Of a DNA stretch of 10,573 nucleotides, positions 1 through 6,483 are shown in pieces (within the stretch, counting starts at the first letter, position 1; every line of letters begins with the position of its first letter). The notes below the pieces were generated by a model. It saw only the letters and a list, made by a program, of their open reading frames with translations. It had not been told where the DNA came from and made no database searches. The position numbers and the translations under genes were made by a program. This stretch comes from Bacteroidales bacterium. Lineage in GTDB: Bacteria > Bacteroidota > Bacteroidia > Bacteroidales > F082. The stretch is taken from the NCBI GenBank assembly GCA_045613185.1, contig JAZLAL010000136.1, positions 1 through 10,573 on the forward strand. Direction: 5' to 3'.

Positions 1-179
1 ATGTGGCTGTGCACTCTCCGTGCATGTACCTCATACTGTTCAAGTGTGGGGCATTGTATCGTTTATTTCAGCTTAGGTCTTTCCACAACCTTCTAACAAA
101 TAAACGTGAAGCAACTCCACACTTTCTTTTTTTTATAAACATTATAATCCTTTGGAGTTGGGGTGTTTGTAAAAATGAT

Positions 180-1280
180 ATGAACATAGTAGATGTTGTC
201 AAATGGGAGGTAAACACAAAAGAATTAGTTCATAAGTTTGAATCAGATTCATTGCGTCTTGGTTCGCAACTTGTTGTTTATCCAAGTCAGACTGCCTTAT
301 TCGTCAAAGGAGGTGTTATCGCTGATGAGTTTCAAAGCGGCACATACACAATAAAATCCGAAAACATTCCGATTCTTGGAAAACTGATAAACATACCTTT
401 CAATAGTGAAAGTCCTTTCAAAGCTGAGGTTTGGTTTGTCAATCAAATATCTAAACTTGACTTAGCATGGGGAACGCCACAACCAATACAAATTGAAGAT
501 CCAAAATACAATATAATTGTACCAATTAGAGCACATGGACAATATGGTATTCGTATAAGTCAGCCAAGATTATTTTTGGAAAGTTTAATTGGCAACATGC
601 ACACTTTTGGACAGGAACAAATAGAACATTATTTCAAAGGAAGAATAATAACCAATCTTAACACTATATTGACCCAACAAATCATAGAGAAAAAAGTTTC
701 TGTTCTTGATATAAATACACAATTGGTATTATTATCAGAAGAATGTAATAATCTGTTAAATATCCAATTGCAAAAATATGGAATAAGCATTATAGACTTC
801 TCTATAATGTCAATAACAGTCCCACAAGATGATGAAAGTGTTATTAAACTTAAAAATGCAAAAGATATCGCAGCTAGATTGAATATTACAGGACGAGATG
901 TATATCAAATGGAACGTTCATTTGACATTCTTGAAAAAGCTGCAGCCAATGAGGGTGTAGGAGGACAGATGATGGGAATGGGTGTAGGATTAGGTGCAGG
1001 GGTTAGCGTTGGAACTACTATAGGAAATATCGCAGGACAAATGATTAACACAACCCCACCACCATTACCTTCACAGGATGTTAAAAAATATTACCTTTAT
1101 ATAAATGGAGAGCAGATACCAAATCTATCATTACAACAAATAGAAGAGTATGTAATAAATGGGGCGGTAACTCACGAAACACTCGCATGGACAATCGGCA
1201 TGTCTGAATGGGCAAAAATATCTGACATACCTGAATTACGCAATCTATTAGGCGGTATTACGCCACCACCTATCAAATAA
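180..1280 (+). CDS. SPFH/Band-7 superfamily protein (Band_7_1-like) with Gly/Met-rich linker and C-terminal DUF4339 (GYF-like) domain
   Basis: The frame is open from nt 3, but the first ATG is at 180 (MNIVDVVKWEV...), and the translation of 3-179 is low-complexity with no coding look. The N-terminal ~260 aa carry the SPFH/Band_7_1 pattern (VxWE...G..L.V.P.Q.A.F.KGG...F..G.Y.I.SENIP.L, AEVWFVN...WGT). The linker is EGVGGQMMGMGVGLGAGVSVGTTIGNIAGQM followed by TTPPPLP. The C-terminal KYYLYINGEQIPNLSLQQIEEYVINGAVTHETLAWTIGMSEWAKISDIPELRNLL matches the DUF4339 consensus (W..GM..W....D.PEL). The stop TAA is at 1278-1280. Confidence 0.75.
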   Translation: MNIVDVVKWEVNTKELVHKFESDSLRLGSQLVVYPSQTALFVKGGVIADEFQSGTYTIKSENIPILGKLINIPFNSESPFKAEVWFVNQISKLDLAWGTPQPIQIEDPKYNIIVPIRAHGQYGIRISQPRLFLESLIGNMHTFGQEQIEHYFKGRIITNLNTILTQQIIEKKVSVLDINTQLVLLSEECNNLLNIQLQKYGISIIDFSIMSITVPQDDESVIKLKNAKDIAARLNITGRDVYQMERSFDILEKAAANEGVGGQMMGMGVGLGAGVSVGTTIGNIAGQMINTTPPPLPSQDVKKYYLYINGEQIPNLSLQQIEEYVINGAVTHETLAWTIGMSEWAKISDIPELRNLLGGITPPPIK

Positions 1281-1286
1281 TAAATT

Positions 1287-1634
1287 ATGAAGGCACTGAC
1301 TTTAAAAATTGGCTTAATAGTACTGATAAGTAATATTATATTTGGCATTCTAATCTCCAAGTATGCTGTATTTAATATATATTTGAATAGTGTGATTATT
1401 GCTATTACAACCGCAATGATTATGTTTGTTAATAGCACAAAGATAAAATCTGCCTTTAAATTTTCATTGTCATTTATATTCATTTTTGGCGGACTTGTTG
1501 AATTTATATGTGGATTATTTTCTAAAAGTTCTATATATGATAATTGGGCAATCCTATTGTGTACAATAATCACTATATTGGAAATAACACTTTTAACTAC
1601 AATAGTATCAATGTCTAAAAACAACAAATCATAA
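1287..1634 (+). CDS. small integral membrane protein (about 4 predicted TM helices)
   Basis: The ATG at 1287 lies 7 nt after the upstream stop, and the TAA at 1632-1634 lies 5 nt before the next ATG, which implies an operon. The translation has four ~20-aa hydrophobic stretches (LKIGLIVLISNIIFGILIS, IYLNSVIIAITTAMIMFV, FKFSLSFIFIFGGLVEFICGLF, WAILLCTIITILEITLLTTIVS). This AT-rich DNA also gives a 151-aa ORF on the opposite strand, so coding status rests on the operon context. Confidence 0.55.
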   Translation: MKALTLKIGLIVLISNIIFGILISKYAVFNIYLNSVIIAITTAMIMFVNSTKIKSAFKFSLSFIFIFGGLVEFICGLFSKSSIYDNWAILLCTIITILEITLLTTIVSMSKNNKS

Positions 1635-1639
1635 TAATT

Positions 1640-2695
1640 ATGAAATCATTAACGTGTGAAATGTGTGGAAGCACCAATCTTATTAAAAATGAAGGTGTCT
1701 TTGTATGTCAGTCTTGCGGAACAAAATATTCTGTAGAAGAAGCAAAAAAAATGATGATAGAAGGAACTGTTAATGTTGAAGGTACTATAAAAATTGACAA
1801 TTCTAATGAGTTACAGAATTTATACGAAATAGCAAGACGAGCAAAAATAACTGATAATATAGAACAAGCAGAAAAGTATTATGACAAAATTCTTGTTTGT
1901 GATCCAAACAGTTGGGAGGCTAATTTCTATACCGTTTATTACAAAGCGATGTCGTGCAAAATAGCAGGTATAGCCAATGCAGGTAACACATTAACACTTT
2001 GCTTGCCCACTGTGATTTATTTGGTGAAGACATATATACCTGAATCGGAACAACATGATATTATTGAAGAAATTTATGGTAAGATTATCAATATCGCTTC
2101 TATGCTTAGTGAAGCTGCAATGAATCATTATTTTGATATTGACATAAGTATCAGGGAAAGATTCGCACAGGATTATGTTAACAACATGGCTTCAGTTACA
2201 TTTTTGGTATATTCTTTAGGAAATATTATTGATGAAAATTGGGGAGCAAAAGAACAGTTTAACTCTGTAGCTTTATGGGATGCTGGTATTGGTTATCAAA
2301 ATAAATATTTTAGATACTTATTAGACCCTTCGCCGACTATAAAATCTATGGAAACGTATGCTGATAAAATAAAAGCATATAATCCAGAATATAAACTTCC
2401 TGAATTAAAAAACACATCATCAGGTGGAGGTTGTTATGTTGCCACTTCCATATATGGTTCTTACGATTGTCCTGAAGTATGGACATTGAGACGATACAGA
2501 GATTATACTCTTGCAGAAAAATGGTATGGAAGAACTTTTATTAAGATATATTACGCAATAAGTCCTACACTTGTCAATTTGTTTGGTGAAACAAGATTAT
2601 TTAAAAAAATATGTAAAGGTAAACTTGACAAATTTGTCAAAAAACTTCAAAGTAACGGGGTGTCTTCAAACCCATATAACGACAGGAATTGGTGA
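1640..2695 (+). CDS. zinc-ribbon protein (CxxC-x13-CxxC) with TPR-like helical region and a conserved C-terminal Cys-containing module
   Basis: The ATG is at 1640. The N-terminus CEMCGSTNLIKNEGVFVCQSCGTKY is a 4-Cys zinc ribbon. The middle region is helical and TPR-like (NLYEIARRAKITDNIEQAEKYYDKILVCDPNSWEANFY). The C-terminus is SSGGGCYVATSIYGSYDCPEVWTLRRYRDYTLAEKWYGRTFIKIYYAISPTLVNLFG, a Cys..ATxxYGS...CPEV..LRxYRD motif followed by a hydrophobic stretch. The stop TGA is at 2693-2695. Confidence 0.75.
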   Translation: MKSLTCEMCGSTNLIKNEGVFVCQSCGTKYSVEEAKKMMIEGTVNVEGTIKIDNSNELQNLYEIARRAKITDNIEQAEKYYDKILVCDPNSWEANFYTVYYKAMSCKIAGIANAGNTLTLCLPTVIYLVKTYIPESEQHDIIEEIYGKIINIASMLSEAAMNHYFDIDISIRERFAQDYVNNMASVTFLVYSLGNIIDENWGAKEQFNSVALWDAGIGYQNKYFRYLLDPSPTIKSMETYADKIKAYNPEYKLPELKNTSSGGGCYVATSIYGSYDCPEVWTLRRYRDYTLAEKWYGRTFIKIYYAISPTLVNLFGETRLFKKICKGKLDKFVKKLQSNGVSSNPYNDRNW

Positions 2696-2782
2696 AACTT
2701 ATCATTTATACCTAAATAACAAGAATGCCATGTTATGATATCATTTTTTTAAAACAAAAATGGCACAAAACACATATATTAC

Positions 2783-2820
2783 AAACAAAGACTCCCGAAA
2801 AATTTCGGGAGTCTTTGTTT
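2783..2820. terminator. bidirectional intrinsic terminator (perfect 18-bp inverted repeat, GC core GACTCCCG/CGGGAGTC)
   Basis: aaacaaagactcccgaaa (2783-2800) is the exact reverse complement of tttcgggagtctttgttt (2803-2820), with loop aa. This gives an A-run then a T-run on both strands. It sits between the convergent + cassette (ends 2695) and the - strand gene whose stop overlaps the arm at 2820-2822. Confidence 0.7.
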
Positions 2821-3929
2821 CACCCTATCATTCTGCTGTCATCAACCTTAAATTTATACATTCCTGTTTCATACGCAATTCGTCCAAGAACAATCCATTT
2901 GTTCATACCTTTTTCTTCCGCCCATACAGTATAGACTTTTTGAATATCTATAGGATTCATACGTACTTTAGGGGCATCCTTCCATTCTTTATTAGGTATC
3001 AACGCATTTGCTGCATACTCGTTTGCTTCTCGTTCTTCAGATCTTTCATTGTCATATTCAGAAATGCTTAACTTGTAATTTTGTTTTGAAGCATCTTTAT
3101 AATGTTTGTATATATGGCCAATCTCATGCATCAACGCAAAAGCAAAACTGTCAATCTTGTTATATCTTCTCGTTAAAATAATATATGGCATTCCATTTTC
3201 AAAATACGAATATCCATCAACCGAAGCCTTGTCTATTTTCTCTATTATACAAAAAGCTATGCCATATTTTGACAATATATTTTTCACTATAGTTTCTGTG
3301 TTTTGGTTTTCATGCAAGGCCTTGCTTAATTCGCTTACCAACATCGGCTCATCATCTCTTACAAATGATCCTTCAACAACAAGCGTCTTTGCTTTTGTTT
3401 CAGCCAATATCTTCCACGTCATCAGCATTCGCATATCTTGCCCTGTCTTCGCTGATTTCTTAAATTTACCAGCATATTCCAATTGCAACTCTGCTGGTTT
3501 AGGAAGTCCACAAATTTCTTTAAGACATCTAAGGTTTTCAACTGCAGATTCTGCCAACATCCCAAGTCTTTTAAGCAATATCTTCACATCAAACACCTCA
3601 TCATAAAGCTTCAATGCATTAAGTGCCTTTTGTTCCTCAACACTTTTTTGCTCTATGACGCTCATGTCATATTCGTATTTAACCTGCATATTCACTAATG
3701 AAATCGCAGAAATACCCAACGTTTCTTCAATCTTAGTAGCAATAAATTTAGTCAGCGTACGCTTTCCTTTTATAAGTTCGCAAACATGACACCTTTGCAT
3801 ACCTATCATTTCAGCAAATTCCTTCTGAGAAATCCCTCTTTCTTCCAACTCATACTTCAATATAGTACCAGGATGAGTCGCTATCCAAGTCGTAGTATTT
3901 TCATTTCTTGTTGCCATAATGATCTTCAT
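2820..3929 (-). CDS. HigA-type HTH (Xre family) antitoxin domain fused to ImmA/IrrE-family (COG2856, Peptidase_M78-like) zinc metallopeptidase domain
   Basis: The N-terminal THPGTILKYELEERGISQKEFAEMIGMQRCHVCELIKGKRTLT matches the HigA antidote HTH pattern (HPGEIL...G.SQ..LA..LGV....I..I..G.R.IT). The C-terminal half has the HEXXH motif in ALMHEIGHIYKH, typical of the ImmA/IrrE peptidase family. ATG starts are possible at 3929 or 3917. The stop is TGA at 2820-2822. It overlaps the upstream higB-like gene by 17-29 nt. Confidence 0.85.
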   Translation of the reverse strand: MKIIMATRNENTTTWIATHPGTILKYELEERGISQKEFAEMIGMQRCHVCELIKGKRTLTKFIATKIEETLGISAISLVNMQVKYEYDMSVIEQKSVEEQKALNALKLYDEVFDVKILLKRLGMLAESAVENLRCLKEICGLPKPAELQLEYAGKFKKSAKTGQDMRMLMTWKILAETKAKTLVVEGSFVRDDEPMLVSELSKALHENQNTETIVKNILSKYGIAFCIIEKIDKASVDGYSYFENGMPYIILTRRYNKIDSFAFALMHEIGHIYKHYKDASKQNYKLSISEYDNERSEEREANEYAANALIPNKEWKDAPKVRMNPIDIQKVYTVWAEEKGMNKWIVLGRIAYETGMYKFKVDDSRMIG

Positions 3930-4224
3930 TTATTTCAATTAGTGAAATCTGTATTCCATCTTCTGTCTCTTTGAACAGCAGCCGCTCAACTCTACCATTG
4001 ATTATTCTTACAGAACTCAACGAAATATATTTCAATTGTTCATAATGTAAAAAACTAAAATCTTTTAACTTAGACACATGCTCCAGAGAACAAAATAAGT
4101 TATATATATGCGTAAGTTTTGTTACGAACTTTTTATCACGAGCAAACTTCTTATATTTTCCCTTATTCTTACCTTTAAAAATAAGTTCTCTCAAATCATC
4201 ATCAAGTATTTCTACCTTCAACAT
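3901..4224 (-). CDS. higB: HigB-like (RelE/ParE superfamily, plasmid-maintenance killer) toxin
   Basis: The C-terminus FLHYEQLKYISLSSVRIINGRVERLLFKETEDGIQISLIEINEDHYG fits the HigB-like_toxin pattern (LH.L.GD..G.WS.RI...WRI.F.......I..IDYH). It sits upstream of, and overlaps, a HigA-type HTH gene. The first in-frame ATG is at 4224; the maximal ORF begins with TTG at 4233. The stop is TGA at 3901-3903. Confidence 0.75.
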   Translation of the reverse strand: MLKVEILDDDLRELIFKGKNKGKYKKFARDKKFVTKLTHIYNLFCSLEHVSKLKDFSFLHYEQLKYISLSSVRIINGRVERLLFKETEDGIQISLIEINEDHYGNKK

Positions 4225-4377
4225 AGATTCCAATAAAATGTTTTTGATTCTGGTGCAAAGTTAAAAATAAATTCCCAATAACATGGAACTTTTTGTTAGT
4301 ATTTTTTAATTACTATTATATTTTCACAAATAAAAGTCTTTTCTACAAATCGACAAAAGACCAATCTATTTTTTTCC

Positions 4378-4385
4378 TAAATTTG
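4378..4385 (+). promoter_or_regulatory. candidate Bacteroidota sigma-A -7 element (TAAATTTG = TAnnTTTG) upstream of rlmN
   Basis: This is an exact match to the Bacteroides-type -7 consensus TAnnTTTG, about 80 nt upstream of the rlmN ATG. I did not find a convincing -33 TTTG. Confidence 0.3.
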
Positions 4386-4465
4386 CACACTTCTCAACGA
4401 AGTTTTTACTGGACAATGACTGTTGTCTGTCGTCCATTGTCTGTTGACCTATAAAAATATAAATC

Positions 4466-5479
4466 ATGAAAGCATTACTCGGTTTAACCTTAGCAGAAAT
4501 ACAGGAAATCGTCAATCAATATGGATTGCCTAAGTTCACAGCCAAACAATTGACTGAATGGCTCTACAAAAAACACACTGGCAGCTTCGATGAAATGACA
4601 AACCTCTCTAAAGCAACACGTCAGCTTCTCTCCGAAAATTATACTACCGGCTACCGTAACTACGAAACCGTACAAGAATCGAAAGACGGAACTAAGAAAT
4701 ATCTCTTCCCTGGCGCAGATAATTTCATCGAATCTGCATATATCCCTGATAAAGAACGTGCTACATTATGCGTCTCTTCTCAAGTGGGCTGCAAAATGAA
4801 CTGCCTCTTCTGTCAGACTGGCAAACAGGGTTTCCAAGAGAATCTTCCTGCTAGCGATATCCTGAACCAAATACTCAACCTTCCTGAATACGAGAAACTT
4901 ACAAACTACGTATTCATGGGAATGGGCGAACCGATGAACAACTACGACAACCTCATGCGCACGCTCAACGTGATGACATCCGACTGGGGTCTCGCCATGA
5001 GTCCAACTCGTATCACAGTGTCGACAGTAGGCGTGATACCTTATATGAAACGTTTCCTCGACGAGTCGAAATGCAACCTCGCTGTCAGCCTCCACTCTCC
5101 TTTCCACGACGAAAGAATGAAAATCATGCCTGTGGAAAAAGCTTATCCAATTCGCGAAGTCATCCACGCTATCCGTCAGCACGACTGGAGCGGACAACGC
5201 CGCGTATTCTTCGAATATATCGTGTTCAAAGGTCTCAACGACACTTCCGACCATATCAAAGAACTCGCAAGACAACTCGGCAGCTTGCGTTGTAAAGTCA
5301 ACCTCATCCGTTTCCACAGCATCCCTGGCATCAACCTTCAAAGTCCGACGATGGACGATATGGAACGCTTCCGCGACAGACTCAACGACAAAGGCATCAT
5401 CGCAACAATCAGAGCATCACGCGGTCAAGACATCGACGCCGCCTGCGGATTGCTATCAACGAAAAATAAATTAGGTTAA
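4466..5479 (+). CDS. rlmN: 23S rRNA (adenine2503-C2)-methyltransferase / tRNA m2A37 methyltransferase RlmN (radical SAM)
   Basis: The length is 337 aa. The radical-SAM CxxxCxxC appears as CKMNCLFCQTG. The protein has the RlmN-type N-terminal (LTLAEIQEIVNQYGLPKFTAKQLTEWLY) and C-terminal (GQDIDAACGLL) signatures. It starts with a clean ATG and ends with TAA. Confidence 0.93.
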   Translation: MKALLGLTLAEIQEIVNQYGLPKFTAKQLTEWLYKKHTGSFDEMTNLSKATRQLLSENYTTGYRNYETVQESKDGTKKYLFPGADNFIESAYIPDKERATLCVSSQVGCKMNCLFCQTGKQGFQENLPASDILNQILNLPEYEKLTNYVFMGMGEPMNNYDNLMRTLNVMTSDWGLAMSPTRITVSTVGVIPYMKRFLDESKCNLAVSLHSPFHDERMKIMPVEKAYPIREVIHAIRQHDWSGQRRVFFEYIVFKGLNDTSDHIKELARQLGSLRCKVNLIRFHSIPGINLQSPTMDDMERFRDRLNDKGIIATIRASRGQDIDAACGLLSTKNKLG

Positions 5480-5486
5480 TATATTT

Positions 5487-5564
5487 GCTGTGAGCAATGG
5501 GCTATGAGCCGTGAGCAATCAAACAGAAATAACTGCTCATGGCTCACATCTCAAAGCTCATAGC
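5487..5564. repeat. long imperfect palindromic element with internal direct repeats (gtgagcaat x2; gctatgagc / gctcatagc inverted)
   Basis: gctatgagc (5501-5509) is the reverse complement of gctcatagc (5556-5564). tgagccgtgagca (5505-5517) pairs with tgctcatggctca (5536-5548) with one mismatch. gtgagcaat is directly repeated at 5490-5498 and 5511-5519. No T-run follows on the + strand. Confidence 0.5.
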
Positions 5565-5587
5565 AAAAAGTTCTTAGTTAATAAAAA

Positions 5588-6316
5588 ATGGCTGATAAAA
5601 ATTTCGTGCGTTCGATGTTCAACAACATCGCTCCTACTTACGACAAACTGAATCATATTCTTTCACTTAACATTGATAAGATTTGGAGGAAGAAAGCCGT
5701 CAAACGCATTTGTAAAAGTCTCAAAGACACAAAGACACAAAGTCTCAAAGTCCAAAACGCTCATGTTCTTGATGTGGCTTGTGGCACTGCTGATTCTAGC
5801 ATCGCTTTGGCAAAGGCCGGAATTCCTTTCGTGACGGGCGTCGACATTTCTGAAGGTATGATTAAAGTTGGTGAAGAAAAAATAAAATCTTTAAACCTCA
5901 ACAACATAAATCTCAAAGTTGAAGATTGCGAAAATCTCAGTTTCGAGGATAATAGTTTCGACTCTGCTTTTATCGCCTTCGGAATAAGAAATTTTGAAGA
6001 CAAGAAAAAAGGATTGAACGAGTTAAGACGCGTCTTGAAAGACAACGGACACCTTCTTATATTAGAACTTTCCGTCCCTCAAAATAAGATTTTGCTTTCA
6101 TTATACAAGTTGTATTTCCTTCATATTCTTCCTTTTATCGGCAAGAAAATCTCTGGCGACAGCAAGGCTTACACTTATCTTCCTAATTCTGTGATGAACT
6201 TTCCAAAACCAAAAGAGTTTATGGCAATAATGGAAGAATGTGGATTCAAGAACGTAAAGCAAAAAGCATTGACATTCGGACTTTGCAGAATTTACGAGGG
6301 ATTTGTGATTAGTTAG
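5588..6316 (+). CDS. menG: demethylmenaquinone / ubiquinone-menaquinone biosynthesis C-methyltransferase (UbiE/MenG family)
   Basis: The N-terminal VRSMFNNIAPTYDKLNHILSLNIDKIWRK matches the UbiE/MenG signature (F..IA..YD..N...S.G....W+). The SAM-binding motif is LDVACGTAD. The length is 242 aa. Confidence 0.88.
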   Translation: MADKNFVRSMFNNIAPTYDKLNHILSLNIDKIWRKKAVKRICKSLKDTKTQSLKVQNAHVLDVACGTADSSIALAKAGIPFVTGVDISEGMIKVGEEKIKSLNLNNINLKVEDCENLSFEDNSFDSAFIAFGIRNFEDKKKGLNELRRVLKDNGHLLILELSVPQNKILLSLYKLYFLHILPFIGKKISGDSKAYTYLPNSVMNFPKPKEFMAIMEECGFKNVKQKALTFGLCRIYEGFVIS

Positions 6317-6323
6317 GAGTTTG

Positions 6324-6483
6324 GAATTAGGAGTTAGGAGTTGTAGAGACGCGTCAATGTATCCTACAAAAATTAATACACATTGACACGTCTAATCAAT
6401 TAAGAATTAGGAATTAAGAGTTGTAGAGACGCGTCAATGTTTCCTGCAAAAATAAATACACATTGACACGTCTATCAAATTAG
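6324..6483. repeat. two tandem ~80-bp direct repeats, each with an internal 14-bp inverted repeat (agacgcgtcaatgt-N19-acattgacacgtct)
   Basis: Unit A (6324-6403) and unit B (6404-6483) are about 90% identical, and a partial third start (gaaattaagaatt) abuts the menA ATG. The inverted-repeat arms are 6347-6360/6380-6393 and 6427-6440/6460-6473. Each left arm carries the palindrome gacgcgtc. Together they fill the entire menG-menA intergenic space. Confidence 0.8.

Noticed and set aside
1-8. atgtggct at the window start matches the 3' acceptor end of tRNA-Thr (a possible att direct repeat marking an island integrated at the tRNA).
   Set aside because: The match is only 8 nt, which is expected by chance in 2 x 10.5 kb. 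It is in inverted orientation relative to the tRNA gene, and no integrase is present. Core genes (menA, menG, rlmN) lie between it and the tRNA.
3-179. The N-terminal extension of the first ORF (frame open from nt 3 with a GTG) could mean a longer or upstream-truncated gene.
   Set aside because: The translation of 3-179 (MAVHSPCMYLILFKCGALYRLFQLRSFHNLL...) is low-complexity and unlike the domain that follows. The first ATG at 180 starts exactly at the conserved SPFH N-terminus.
1172-1627. 151-aa ORF on the - strand opposite the small membrane-protein gene.
   Set aside because: It overlaps the 3' end of the SPFH gene and breaks the tight + strand operon spacing (7 nt and 5 nt gaps). Long ORFs on both strands are expected in about 28% GC DNA. 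I judged it a shadow ORF, although the + strand gene itself is only moderately supported.
2725-3974. Several + strand ORFs (2725-2934, 2760-3071, 3106-3606, 3483-3698, 3786-3974).
   Set aside because: All lie antisense within or overlap the well-supported HTH-peptidase gene and the terminator. Their translations are low-complexity with no recognisable motifs.
4490-5341. Antisense or alternative-frame ORFs inside rlmN (4490-4675 -, 4766-5341 -, 5071-5295 +).
   Set aside because: They are fully contained in the rlmN coding region, which has unambiguous radical-SAM homology. The 191-aa antisense ORF is typical of GC-richer coding DNA.
6324-6483. Possible CRISPR array, given the tandem repeats with internal palindromes.
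   Set aside because: There are only two 80-bp units, and they are directly adjacent without unique spacers. The unit is far longer than CRISPR repeats, and no cas genes are nearby.
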